A stretch of 64,000 nucleotides of DNA from an uncultured Bryobacterales bacterium (GTDB lineage Bacteria; Acidobacteriota; Terriglobia; Bryobacterales; UBA6623): assembly GCA_951813605.1 (NCBI GenBank), contig OX638379.1:3154062-3218061 (forward strand). Reading direction: 5' to 3'. The translations under genes and the position numbers were made by a program. Under the pieces are notes generated by a model, which was given only the letters and a program-made list of their open reading frames with translations, did not search any database and was not told the origin of the DNA. Shown here in pieces: positions 29,869 to 39,569 of this stretch (position 1 is its first letter; each line of letters begins with the position of its first letter).

Positions 29869-32800
29869 ATGCAACGCGCTTTCGCTTTGGGAGCATTCCT
29901 CTACAGTCTCTCGCTGCAGGGGCCGGCCTCGGGTGAGGAAGCCCAAGGCGCGGCGGTCCTGGAACGCCGCTGCCTACAGTGCCACGGCCCTGCAACCCAG
30001 ATGGGCGAGCTGGACCTGTCGTCCCGCGAAGGCGCGCTGAAGGGCGGCACGCGAGGCCCGGCTTTGGCGCCCTCCGATCCAGCCGGGAGCCTCCTGCTCT
30101 CCCGGGTGGCCGCGGAGGAGATGCCCCCGGAATCGCCCCTCTCCAGCAGCGACAAGGAAACGCTCCGGGAGTGGATCGCCTCGGGAGCGGCTTGGCCGGA
30201 ACGGATCGAAGAGCGCCGCGCGGGAACCGACTGGTGGTCGCTCCAGCCGCTGCGCGAACCGTCGCCCCCTCGCCCGCGAACGGCGACCCGGCAATGGATG
30301 GCGTCACCGGTCGACCGCTGGGTACTCGCCGGCCTTGAGGAAGCAGGCTTGCGACCCGCGCCGGAAGCCGGCCGGCGCGACCTCATTCGGAGAGCCTCGT
30401 TCGCCCTGACGGGCTTGCCCCCGGAGCCGGAGGAAGTGGATGCATTCGAGAAGGACAGTTCCCCGGACGCCTACGAAACGCTGTTGGACCGGCTCCTGGC
30501 CTCGCCGCGCTACGGGGAGCGCTGGGCCCGCCACTGGCTAGATCTCGTCCGGTACGCGGAAAGCGAAGGATTCGAGCGGGATCTTCCGCGCTATCACGCC
30601 TGGCCGTACCGCGACTACGTCATCCGCAGCTTCAACCGCGACAAGTCCTACCTGCAGTTCGCGCGCGAGCAGATGGCCGGCGACGTCATGGAGCCGGCGA
30701 CCCGCGACGGCGTGGTGGCGACAACCATGCTGACCCTCGGTCCGGTCGACGCCGTGGGCCTGACCTCCGCCATACCGCAAGAGCGGGCATCGATTCGAGA
30801 GGACATGCTGGAGGAGATGCTCGGCACCGTCACGCAGACCTTCCTGGGCCTCACGGTGAATTGCGCGCGCTGCCACGACCACAAATTCGATCCGATCCTC
30901 CAGGAAGAGTACTACCGGATGAAATCCGCCTTCCAAGCGGTATGGCCGCCGACGCGGCCTGTTCCAGAGCAGGGCCTCGATGTCCTGTTTCCCCACGGGA
31001 GCCCGCTGCTGGCCCCCGAGGAGAAGCGCTCGCGCGACGCGCGACGCGCCAGCCTCGAGAGCCGGACTGAGGCCGCCCGGGCCGCACTGGGCGACCTTTA
31101 TCGCGGCGCGCGACCGGCGGAGACCTTTGATGACGCGCCCGTCCCGCTGGCGCGCTGGACCTTCGAAACCGACGGCCGCGCCGATTTCGCGCCGCTCCAC
31201 CTGAAGCTGGTGGGCCAGGTGGAGACAAGCGAAGGGAAACTGCGCCGGAAAGCCCTTCCAGAGGATGCGCCCGGCGACGAGCTTGTCGAAGAGGACGGCC
31301 CCGACGGCGGGCCAGGTTTCGGCGTCAGCCGCATGTTGGGCAAGGAAATCAGGGCCAAGACGCTAGAGGCCTGGCTGGACGTGCAAGGCATGCCGGAGAC
31401 GGCTGCGACCGTGATGGAAATCCGCGGGCTGAGCGGATATCGCGGCGCCTCGGTCGACGGGATCCGATTCGTCGCCGGAGACAATCCTCGCTGGGACAAC
31501 AGCTCGATCGGGAGCTTCCGGTCCAAGGACACCGGCGGTCCGCCGGAGAAGTTCGAGCCCGGCGCGCAGGTTCACGTCGCCATCGCGTACGACGGGGACG
31601 GCACGATCACGGTGTTCCGTAACGGAGCGGTCTACGGGGAGCCCTACAAGCCCGACAACGGCATCCCCGCCGGGCGGCTGCAGGTCTATCGAGCCGGGGA
31701 CGCGCTGGTGCGCTTTCCCGCGAGCGAGCACTTGCATGTGGCTGAGGCGCGGCTCTACGACTTCGCCCTTTCGGGCGACGAAGTCGAGGCGTCGTTCCGC
31801 AAGGGAATTCGAGAATTCCCGCCGGCCGACCTGCTGGCTCGGATGAATTCCGCGGATAGCCGGCGGGTCGCGGAATTGGAAGAGGAGCTGGAAGGCTTGC
31901 GGCGCGAGCTCTCAAGCATTCCGGAGCCCGAGCTCGCGCACGGGGCCGTCATCCAGGGGGTAGAGCCCACCTACGTATTGATCCGCGGCTCCGTCGCCCA
32001 GCCGGGGAAGAGGGTCGAGGCCGCCGGCCTCTCCTGCGTCAGCGGCCTGTCTGCGGAGCTGGACCTAGCAGCGGATGCTTCCGAGGGGGCGCGCCGGAAG
32101 GCAATCGCGGAATGGATCGCGAACCCCCGAAACCCGCTATTCGCGCGGGTGATCGTCAATCGGCTGTGGCAGCAGCACCTCGGGCGCGGGTTCGTCGACA
32201 ATCCCAGCGACTTCGGTTACAACGGCGGCCCGCCGAGCCATCCGGAACTGCTGGACTGGCTGGCCTCCGACCTCGTGCGGAACGGCTGGAGCCTGAAGGC
32301 ATTGCACAAGCGCATCCTGATGTCCCGGACCTACAGGCAGGCCTCGCGGTTCGACGAGGCTGCCGCCTCGGCGGATGCCGACAATCGCCTTCTGTGGAGG
32401 TTCACGCCCCGCCGCCTTGATGCCGAATCGGTGCGGGACGGCATGCTGGCTGTGGCGGGCGACCTGAACGGCTCGATGCACGGGCCAAGCTTCCGTCCGT
32501 TTGAGTACGGTGAGAAGCGGGGGAGCCTCAAGAGCTACGTCCTGACCTCCGAGGACACCCCCGCGATGCGCCGCCGGACGGTCTACCGCATGAACGTCAT
32601 TACCGGCGGCGACCCCATGCTCGAGGCCCTCGACTGCCCGCTGCCCTCGGTGAAGGCTCCGCGCCGGCGGTCCACCACCACTGCCCTGCAGGCCCTCAGC
32701 CTGATGAACAATGCATTCGTCCAGCAGCGGGCCCGCGGGTTCGCCCGCCGCCTGCAGGAAGAGGCCTCGAGCCTCGACGGCAGGATCAGGCGGGCGTTCG

Positions 32801-32928
32801 ACCTGGCGTTCGGCCGCAAGCCGGACGACCGGGAGATGGATTCGAGCCGGCCGCTCGTGGAGCGGCACGGACTGGATGCTCTTTGCTGGGGCATCCTCAA
32901 TGCCAGCGAGTTCCTGTATGTCCGCTAG
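29869..32928 (+). CDS. Planctomycete cytochrome c + DUF1549 + LamG-like insert + DUF1553 protein
   Basis: CLQCH; [19 protein letters not shown]; CARCHDHKFDP; central KTLEAW...VHVAIAY...TVFRNG...EARLYDFALS (ConA/LamG-like); ARVIVNRLWQ; HPELLDWLA. Confidence 0.9.
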   Translation: MQRAFALGAFLYSLSLQGPASGEEAQGAAVLERRCLQCHGPATQMGELDLSSREGALKGGTRGPALAPSDPAGSLLLSRVAAEEMPPESPLSSSDKETLREWIASGAAWPERIEERRAGTDWWSLQPLREPSPPRPRTATRQWMASPVDRWVLAGLEEAGLRPAPEAGRRDLIRRASFALTGLPPEPEEVDAFEKDSSPDAYETLLDRLLASPRYGERWARHWLDLVRYAESEGFERDLPRYHAWPYRDYVIRSFNRDKSYLQFAREQMAGDVMEPATRDGVVATTMLTLGPVDAVGLTSAIPQERASIREDMLEEMLGTVTQTFLGLTVNCARCHDHKFDPILQEEYYRMKSAFQAVWPPTRPVPEQGLDVLFPHGSPLLAPEEKRSRDARRASLESRTEAARAALGDLYRGARPAETFDDAPVPLARWTFETDGRADFAPLHLKLVGQVETSEGKLRRKALPEDAPGDELVEEDGPDGGPGFGVSRMLGKEIRAKTLEAWLDVQGMPETAATVMEIRGLSGYRGASVDGIRFVAGDNPRWDNSSIGSFRSKDTGGPPEKFEPGAQVHVAIAYDGDGTITVFRNGAVYGEPYKPDNGIPAGRLQVYRAGDALVRFPASEHLHVAEARLYDFALSGDEVEASFRKGIREFPPADLLARMNSADSRRVAELEEELEGLRRELSSIPEPELAHGAVIQGVEPTYVLIRGSVAQPGKRVEAAGLSCVSGLSAELDLAADASEGARRKAIAEWIANPRNPLFARVIVNRLWQQHLGRGFVDNPSDFGYNGGPPSHPELLDWLASDLVRNGWSLKALHKRILMSRTYRQASRFDEAAASADADNRLLWRFTPRRLDAESVRDGMLAVAGDLNGSMHGPSFRPFEYGEKRGSLKSYVLTSEDTPAMRRRTVYRMNVITGGDPMLEALDCPLPSVKAPRRRSTTTALQALSLMNNAFVQQRARGFARRLQEEASSLDGRIRRAFDLAFGRKPDDREMDSSRPLVERHGLDALCWGILNASEFLYVR

Positions 32929-34324
32929 CACCACCCGCAGGCGCATGCTGCTGGATGCCGCCGGGGGCTTCGGGTGGGCTGCCCTGGCTTCCCTGCTGCC
33001 GCGGGAGGCGCTCGGCGCGTCGCCAGGAGAGCACAGCCCCTCGAAGGGACATCACTTCCCCGCCCGCGCCAAGCGGGTCATCCAGATCTTCGCGGTCGGC
33101 GGAATGAGCCACGTCGACACCTTCGACTTCAAGCCGGAGCTGCAGAAGCGGGACGGCACCCCCTATTCGATGCCGACCTTCTTCGGGCAGGGCGGGAATC
33201 TGCGCGGCTGCCCGTGGGAGTTCAGGCAGCACGGCGAGAGCGGCCTGTGGCTGAGCGGCCTCCTGCCGCAGCTTTCGAAGCAGGCGGACAGGCTCACCGT
33301 GGTTCAAAGCATGGTCTCCAAGAGCGCGAACCACATGCCGGCGGTGGCTCAGATGAACACCGGATTCATCCTGACCGGCTTCCCGGCCATGGGGGCGTGG
33401 GTGACGTACGGGCTCGGGTCGGAGAACGAGAACCTGCCCGCTTTCGTCGTTCTGCCCGACCCGAACAGCCACCCTTGGGGCGGCTCGGCGCAATGGACCA
33501 ACGGCTTTCTCCCGGCGGCCGTGCAAGGCACGGCGTTCCGGACGCACGCCGACGGGGATCCCGTGCCGGACCTGAAGACTCCGGAGGGGGTTTCCGGCGA
33601 GGCGCGCGCGGACGCCGCGAGATGGTTGCGCGAGATGAACCGCAGGTACGCGGAGGCCCATCCCGGCGATTCGAGCCTCGAGGCCCGAGTCCGCATGTAC
33701 GAGATCGCCGCCAAGATGCAGCTCAGCGTGCCCGAGATCGCGGACCTCAACCTCGAATCGGAAGCGACCCGGCGCCTGTACGGGCACGGCGAGGAGGGCA
33801 CTGCGGATCTGGCGAAGAATTGCCTGCTGGCCCGCCGGCTAGTCGAGCGCGGCGTGCGGTTCGTGCAGATCTACCACGGCGGCGCGGGCAAGAGCTGGGA
33901 CGCGCACGGCAACTTGGTCACCAACCACGAGGAGATGGCGCTGGAATACGACCGGCCCGTTGCCGGCCTTGTGGAGGACCTGCACGCCCGGGGCCTGCTG
34001 GAGGACACGCTGGTCCTCGGCGTGACGGAATTCGGTCGCACGCCCGTATCGCAGGGAAGCGGCAAGACTGCGGGCCGCGACCACCACCCCAGCTGCTTCA
34101 GCTGCTGGATGGCAGGAGCCGGGCTGCCGTCCGGCAGGACCTACGGCCTGTCGGACGACCTGGGCTACAAGCCGGCGGAGAATCCGGTCACGATCTACGA
34201 CCTGCATGCAACCGCGCTGCACCTGCTAGGACTCGACCACGAGCGGCTGACCTTCTATCACAACGGCATCAACCGCCGCCTGACGGACGTGCACGGAAGA
34301 GTCGTCGAGGGATTGCTTGGCTGA
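32918..34324 (+). CDS. DUF1501 domain protein (Tat-like signal)
   Basis: TRRRML; AKRVIQIFAVGGMSHVDTFDFKP; GAWVTYGLG; CLLARRLVERGVRFVQ; EFGRTP; GRDHH. ATG at 32918 overlaps the upstream gene. Confidence 0.92.
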   Translation: MSASTTRRRMLLDAAGGFGWAALASLLPREALGASPGEHSPSKGHHFPARAKRVIQIFAVGGMSHVDTFDFKPELQKRDGTPYSMPTFFGQGGNLRGCPWEFRQHGESGLWLSGLLPQLSKQADRLTVVQSMVSKSANHMPAVAQMNTGFILTGFPAMGAWVTYGLGSENENLPAFVVLPDPNSHPWGGSAQWTNGFLPAAVQGTAFRTHADGDPVPDLKTPEGVSGEARADAARWLREMNRRYAEAHPGDSSLEARVRMYEIAAKMQLSVPEIADLNLESEATRRLYGHGEEGTADLAKNCLLARRLVERGVRFVQIYHGGAGKSWDAHGNLVTNHEEMALEYDRPVAGLVEDLHARGLLEDTLVLGVTEFGRTPVSQGSGKTAGRDHHPSCFSCWMAGAGLPSGRTYGLSDDLGYKPAENPVTIYDLHATALHLLGLDHERLTFYHNGINRRLTDVHGRVVEGLLG

Positions 34325-34475
34325 CCTGCGAGGCCGGCCGTCCGAGCGTGCGCCCGATCGACGATTTGGCCCGCGCGCGGCACCGTTGCGAGCGACCGAT
34401 CCAATCATGGGAAACGGACCCAGGCAGAGCGCGCATTGCTCGCTCCGTGCGAAACGGATATTCTAGGACTTCGGC

Positions 34476-35273
34476 ATGGTGAAGACCGAGCGCGAGCACG
34501 CCGCCGACATAGTCCGTGTCGGCAAGCTAGTTTTCGACAAGGGCTGGGTTGCCGCCAACGATGGCAACATCTCGATCCGCCTTGACGATGAGCGCATCAT
34601 GTGCACGCCGACCGGCGTGTCGAAGGGCATGCTGCATATCGACGACATCATCATCGTCGACTATGCGGGGGAAAAGGTCTCCGGGCGCATGCAGCGCACC
34701 TCCGAGATCAAGATGCACCTGAAGATCTACGAGATTCGGGAGGACATCGATTCCGTGGTCCACGCGCACCCGCCGGTCGCCACGGGATTCGCGGCGGCCG
34801 GCAGGGCGCTGGACACGGCGCTGCTTCCGGAAGTCGTGATCGGGCTGGGCTGCGTGCCCCTGGCGGCGTACGGGCTGCCCGGCACCGACGCCCTGACCGA
34901 GCCGATGCTGCCGCTGATCCCTCGCTACGACGCCCTGCTTCTTGGCAATCACGGCGCCGTCAGCTACGGCACCGACGTCCTGCAGGCGTACTTCCGCATG
35001 GAGACGGTGGAGCATTTCGCCCGCATCAACTTCGTCGCCGAGATGCTGGGCGGAGCCCGCGCGCTGCCGCGCCTGGAAGTGGACAAGCTGTTCGAATCGC
35101 GGGGGCGCTACGGAGTGGCCTCGAAGGCTACGCAGCAGCCGGGCTGCCCGGTTTCAGCGGAGGATGTCGCCCAGTCGGCACCGGACAGCCAAATGGGCGA
35201 CAATGGTTTCTACGTCACCCGGGACGAATTGATCCAGTTGCTGGAAGACGCGATCCGGGCCAGAGGAGGATGA
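34476..35273 (+). CDS. Class II aldolase/adducin-family protein (FucA-like), BMC-associated
   Basis: [38 protein letters not shown] (Zn ligands); extra C-terminal linker and helix. Confidence 0.92.
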   Translation: MVKTEREHAADIVRVGKLVFDKGWVAANDGNISIRLDDERIMCTPTGVSKGMLHIDDIIIVDYAGEKVSGRMQRTSEIKMHLKIYEIREDIDSVVHAHPPVATGFAAAGRALDTALLPEVVIGLGCVPLAAYGLPGTDALTEPMLPLIPRYDALLLGNHGAVSYGTDVLQAYFRMETVEHFARINFVAEMLGGARALPRLEVDKLFESRGRYGVASKATQQPGCPVSAEDVAQSAPDSQMGDNGFYVTRDELIQLLEDAIRARGG

Positions 35274-35280
35274 TCGATTC

Positions 35281-35562
35281 ATGGGTGAGGCCCTCGGATT
35301 AATTGAAACGCGGGGATTCGTCTCGCTAGTCGAGTCCGCCGACGCCGCCGTGAAGGCGGCAAACGTCACGCTGGTCGGATGGGAGAAGATCGGATCCGGC
35401 TACGTCACAGTTCTGATGCGCGGCGACGTGGCTGCGGTCAAGGCGGCAACTGACGCCGGGGCCGCCGCGGCCCGGCGCGTCGGCGAGCTGATCTCCGTCC
35501 ACGTCATTCCGCGCCCGCACGGCAACTTGGACCAGATCTTCGCCATTTCGCCCTCCGAGTAG
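35281..35562 (+). CDS. BMC-H shell hexamer protein (PduA/EutM-like)
   Basis: ALGLIETRG...[10 protein letters not shown]...[21 protein letters not shown]...SVHVIPRPH. Confidence 0.97.
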   Translation: MGEALGLIETRGFVSLVESADAAVKAANVTLVGWEKIGSGYVTVLMRGDVAAVKAATDAGAAAARRVGELISVHVIPRPHGNLDQIFAISPSE

Positions 35563-35598
35563 CGGAGGCTGCATCCCGAACGGGAGACGCTGGGCTCT

Positions 35599-35877
35599 AT
35601 GCTTCTGGCGCGAGTCGTGGGCAATGTCGTAGCCACGCGTAAGGATCCGAGGCTGGAGGGCAAGAAGCTGCTGGTCCTGCAGCACGTCGCTCCGGACGGC
35701 AGGTCCCGCGACAGCTACGTGGTAGCGCTTGACACGGTCGGAGCCGGAGCCCGGGAAACCGTGATTTGCGTCTCCGGCAGTTCCGCCCGCATGGCAAGCG
35801 GCATGAAGGGCACCCCGGTCGACACGGCCGTCGTAGGCATCGTAGATGACGTGAACCTGCTTCCCGGAGGCAGCTGA
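35599..35877 (+). CDS. BMC-P vertex pentamer (EutN/CcmL family) 1
   Basis: MLLARVVGNVVATRKD..LEGKKLL...VVALDTVGAG..ETV...GSSAR...PVDTAVVGIVD. Confidence 0.95.
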   Translation: MLLARVVGNVVATRKDPRLEGKKLLVLQHVAPDGRSRDSYVVALDTVGAGARETVICVSGSSARMASGMKGTPVDTAVVGIVDDVNLLPGGS

Positions 35878-36146
35878 TGCACTTGGGGCGGGTCATCGGG
35901 AATGTGTGCGCGACGGTCAAGGACCCGCAGCTCGAAGGAGTGAAGCTCCTCCTCGTCCAGCCCTTGAACGCTGACGGTACCAACACGGGCATCCCTATTG
36001 TGGCGCTGGATGCGGTGGGCGCGGGGGCCGGGGAGACAGTCTACTGGTCGGGGCGGCGCGAAGCGTGCCTGGCGTTCGATCCCCAAGTGCCGTCGGATGC
36101 GAGCGTGACCGGGATCGTCGATACGGTGTCAGGGCCGGGGCCATGA
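35877..36146 (+). CDS. BMC-P vertex pentamer (EutN/CcmL family) 2
   Basis: MHLGRVIGNVCATVKD..LEGVKLLLVQP...IVALDAVGAG.GETV...DASVTGIVD; TGATG coupling. Confidence 0.95.
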   Translation: MHLGRVIGNVCATVKDPQLEGVKLLLVQPLNADGTNTGIPIVALDAVGAGAGETVYWSGRREACLAFDPQVPSDASVTGIVDTVSGPGP

Positions 36147-36424
36147 TCCTCAGCAAGGTCGTGGGCGACGTGGTCTCGACGTGCAAGCATCCTACGCACG
36201 AGGCGATCAAGCTGCTCCTGGTACGGCGGATCAATGCCGAAGGAGAGGAGCGCGGGGCGCCGTTGGTGGCCGTGGACGTGCTCGATGCGGGCGTCGGGGA
36301 CACCGTGCTGCTCACGCTTGACGGCTGGGCGGCGATGACCGCCGTGCAACGCATGAAGGCGCCGATCGATGCCGCCGTGATCGCCATCGTTGACTCCATT
36401 GAATGGGACGGCGGGGAGCCTTGA
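36143..36424 (+). CDS. BMC-P vertex pentamer (EutN/CcmL family) 3
   Basis: MILSKVVGDVVSTCKH...KLLLV...VAVDVLDAGVGDTVL...PIDAAVIAIVD; ATGA overlap (track ORF starts 36065). Confidence 0.93.
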   Translation: MILSKVVGDVVSTCKHPTHEAIKLLLVRRINAEGEERGAPLVAVDVLDAGVGDTVLLTLDGWAAMTAVQRMKAPIDAAVIAIVDSIEWDGGEP

Positions 36425-36464
36425 GGGGCTGCTCCGGCGCGACCTGCTGCTACGATGGCGACTT

Positions 36465-37679
36465 ATGCGGCGCGTCAGCCGTCGGTGGTTTCTAGCCGCG
36501 GCGACTTCTTCGGCGGCGGGGTCGGCGGCGAGCCGGGGCACTCGCATCGACACTCCCCGCGAGAAACTCCTCGACAGCCTCACCGAGCGCGAGCTCTTCC
36601 GCTTGACGGATCTGGCGGTTCTGCACCACCTGCCGGGCCACCAGCATCGCTTCATCGCCCGCAACAACTCGTTCCTGCTGGTCGCCGCCGAGCACGAAGG
36701 CGAGCGCCAGATCCACCGGCTTGACCTGAAGCGGAGGCGCCTGACGCAACTGACCGAGGGCGGCAGGGTGCATCCCTACGCCGCCCACCTCCGCGCCAAC
36801 GACCGGGGCTTCTACTATCTCCAGGGGAGCGACCTCATCCAGGCGGACATGAATGGCGGCAGCCGGCGGAAGCACTACAGCTGCCCGGCAGGGTGGGTGC
36901 TGACGGGGGACATGGACATCTCGCGCGGCGAGCGCTACGCCGCCCTTGTCGAGATGGGCGCGGAGCACGTGGAGCCGACCCGGGCGCTGCAGTTCGAACG
37001 CGAGCCGCCGTGCCGCATCCGCATCGTGGAAATCGTCCGGCAGGGGGCTCGGGGCCGCAGCTGGATCGCGGCGGAAGAGCGGCGCTGGCTCTCGACGCCT
37101 AGGTTCCGTCCATGGCGCTCGCAAGTGCTCTACGCGCGCGAAGGCCCGTGGCACAAGGTGCGGCGCCGGCTGCAGCTAGTCAATCTGGACGGGACGGGGA
37201 AGGCAAGCGTGCGCCCGACCAGGGGCGAGGAAAGACTGGGGCAGGCCTACTGGCCGCCCGACGGAGCGCGCCTGCGGTTCGTGCATTTCCCGGATGCGAA
37301 CGGCTGGAGAGCCACCATCCGCAGCATCCAGCCCGAAACTCGGCAAGAAACGACCGACGCGCCGTGCTCGTCGTTCGGCTGGCTGGAAGAGAACTCCGAC
37401 GGCTCCGTCATCGTGGGAGCGAGCAGGCGTCCGTCAGGACCTAATCTGTACGTGCTCTTCCCGAGAATGCGCCGGGAGATCACCCTCTGCGAGCACCGCA
37501 GCAGCCTGGAGCCGTACCCCATCGCGGGCACCGACCGCATCGACCCGTTCTCGGCAGTGCCCGACCCGGCCCTGTCGGAGGACAGCGCGTGGCTCTACTT
37601 CGTAACCGACAGGGAAGGCATGCCCGCGCTGTACGCGATGCCGGTCGACGATCTCGTCGAAGCCACAGTGCAGCGCTGA
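36465..37679 (+). CDS. Tat-exported beta-propeller, oligogalacturonate lyase-like
   Basis: SRRWFL signal; DSLTERELFRLTD, LDLKRRRLTQLT, H..W.PDG, PDPALSED...LYF.TDREG.PALY. Catalytic residues could not be verified. Confidence 0.65.
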   Translation: MRRVSRRWFLAAATSSAAGSAASRGTRIDTPREKLLDSLTERELFRLTDLAVLHHLPGHQHRFIARNNSFLLVAAEHEGERQIHRLDLKRRRLTQLTEGGRVHPYAAHLRANDRGFYYLQGSDLIQADMNGGSRRKHYSCPAGWVLTGDMDISRGERYAALVEMGAEHVEPTRALQFEREPPCRIRIVEIVRQGARGRSWIAAEERRWLSTPRFRPWRSQVLYAREGPWHKVRRRLQLVNLDGTGKASVRPTRGEERLGQAYWPPDGARLRFVHFPDANGWRATIRSIQPETRQETTDAPCSSFGWLEENSDGSVIVGASRRPSGPNLYVLFPRMRREITLCEHRSSLEPYPIAGTDRIDPFSAVPDPALSEDSAWLYFVTDREGMPALYAMPVDDLVEATVQR

Positions 37680-38017
37680 CTCGCGGCACTAGACCGGGCA
37701 TCCCGGCCGCAATTGCTGGTGCGGGCGCGCGAGCGCAAGAACCGGGGTCGGCCAGGCGCGGCCTGGAAAAGCCTCGAGCCAGGCTGGCTTCGTCTCCCGG
37801 CAGCGGAGCCGCGCAGGGCTCCATCCGGTCAAGCGCCGGAATCGGCCATTTTCAAACGCTCTTTCGCAAGAGGTCCTTCACGACAGCGAAGACCGAACCG
37901 ACCGCGGTCGCGGCGGAACCGGGAGCACTGCCCTTTGCGGCGCTCGCGCTGGCTGGCGAAGCGCTGGGTCGGAGTCGGTCTTCGTGCGGCCCGGACCGCC
38001 CAATCCCGGCAGCCCGC

Positions 38018-38046
38018 TTGACACGCCATCGCGCGCTAGATAGGTT
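38018..38046 (+). promoter_or_regulatory. Sigma70-like promoter (TTGACA-17 bp-TAGGTT)
   Basis: Perfect -35 at 38018-38023, 17-nt spacer, TAnnnT -10 at 38041-38046, just upstream of the FAR-like gene. Confidence 0.5.
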
Positions 38047-38060
38047 GAATTCTTGGCGCC

Positions 38061-39542
38061 TTGGCGAGCCTAGACTCTGAATTCCGCGACAACGAGATCC
38101 TGCTTACCGGGGCCAACGGCTTCCTAGGCAAGGTCATTCTGGCATTGCTGCTGGACCGCTTCCCTGATGTGCGGCGGGTCCACGTGCTGGTCAGGCCGAG
38201 GCCCGGCCTGCCGAGCGAAGAGCGCTTCGCGACGGAAGTTCTGGACTCCCCGCCTCTTGGCCCCTTGGTCGAGAAGCTCGGCAGGGAGACCGTCGAGGGC
38301 CGCGTGAACGTCCTTTCCGGCGACGCCTCCAGGCCGCGCGCCGGGCTTGGCCCCGACCAGGTGCGCGATCTGGCTGGGCGGGTAGGCCTCGTGCTCAACT
38401 GCGCCGGCCTCGTCGAGTTCTTCCCTCCGGTGGATCTGTCCCTGCGGGCGAATGTCGATTCGGTCGAGCGCCTGCTGGAACTCTGCGACGAGCTTGACGC
38501 AAAGCTGCTGCACGTCTCGACCTGCTACGTGGCCGGAAAGGCCGACGGCTTGGTCGAGGAGACCGAGCCGATACTGGGCTTTCATCCGCGACGCACGGGC
38601 CCGGGCGATGACCGGTTCCGCGCCGACATCGAACTGGCGGACATTCGTGCCGCTGCCGACGCCCTGGCGCAAGGCATTGAGGGCGCCCAGCGGGCCGAGG
38701 CCCTGACCGAGCTCGGACGCGTCCGCGCCGCGCGGTGGGGCTGGGTGAATACGTACACGTTTACCAAGAGCCTCGGCGAGCAAGTTCTCGCCGCCCAGGA
38801 CTCGGTGCCGTACGCGATCGTCCGCCCGGCGATCGTCGAAAGCTCCCTGCGCTACCCGTTCCCGGGCTGGATCGAGGGCGGGCGGACGGCAGCGCCCCTC
38901 GCCCTCATGGCGCTGGGCGGCTTGCTCGACTGGCCGGCTCGCCGCGACATTTCGCTCGAGATCGTTCCCGTGGACCTCGTCGCCGCTGCGACGCTGGCGG
39001 TGGCGGGGGAACTGCTGGCGGGACGCGCGCGACAGGTCTACCACTTGGCCGGGTCGGATGTGAACCCGTATCCGCTGGAAGACTTGATCCGCCTGCTGTG
39101 CGCCGAGGCGAGAGCCAACGGCAACCGCGTCACCCACCCGCCCTTCTGGCTCGATCCATTCCCCCGCCTGCGATTCCTGGACTCTTCCGGGGCGGAGCGC
39201 CGCCGGCGCGCCCAGCGCCGCCGCATCGCCGTCGCGCGGAGGATCATGGAACGTCTCGGCCGGAGCGCCCGCGCTGCCCGCCTGCGCGTCCTCGAGCTGC
39301 AGCTCGGCTTCCACGAGGAGACCTTCCGGCAGTACATGCCGTTCATCCTCGACAATCGATACGTATTCGAGACCGTCAACATACGAGCGACCTACGCCGG
39401 GCTTTCACCGCGAGACCGGCAGGCCCTGCCGTGGGATCCCGAATCGATCGACTGGCCCGTATACTGGCGGAGCTGCCAAATCCCCGGCATTCGCAAGTGG
39501 ATTCAGCCGGAGGCGGTGCGAGAATGGACGTTTCAGCTCTAG
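38061..39542 (+). CDS. Fatty acyl-CoA reductase-like protein (NAD_binding_4 / male-sterility family)
   Basis: LLTGANGFLGK, HVSTCYV, WGWVNTYTFTKSLGE (YxxxK), IVRPAIVES, VPVDLVA; helical C-terminal domain ending DW..Y...GIRKW. Confidence 0.82.
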   Translation: MASLDSEFRDNEILLTGANGFLGKVILALLLDRFPDVRRVHVLVRPRPGLPSEERFATEVLDSPPLGPLVEKLGRETVEGRVNVLSGDASRPRAGLGPDQVRDLAGRVGLVLNCAGLVEFFPPVDLSLRANVDSVERLLELCDELDAKLLHVSTCYVAGKADGLVEETEPILGFHPRRTGPGDDRFRADIELADIRAAADALAQGIEGAQRAEALTELGRVRAARWGWVNTYTFTKSLGEQVLAAQDSVPYAIVRPAIVESSLRYPFPGWIEGGRTAAPLALMALGGLLDWPARRDISLEIVPVDLVAAATLAVAGELLAGRARQVYHLAGSDVNPYPLEDLIRLLCAEARANGNRVTHPPFWLDPFPRLRFLDSSGAERRRRAQRRRIAVARRIMERLGRSARAARLRVLELQLGFHEETFRQYMPFILDNRYVFETVNIRATYAGLSPRDRQALPWDPESIDWPVYWRSCQIPGIRKWIQPEAVREWTFQL

Positions 39543-39569
39543 GCTCCCCGCAATGAGGCACGGGGCGTA

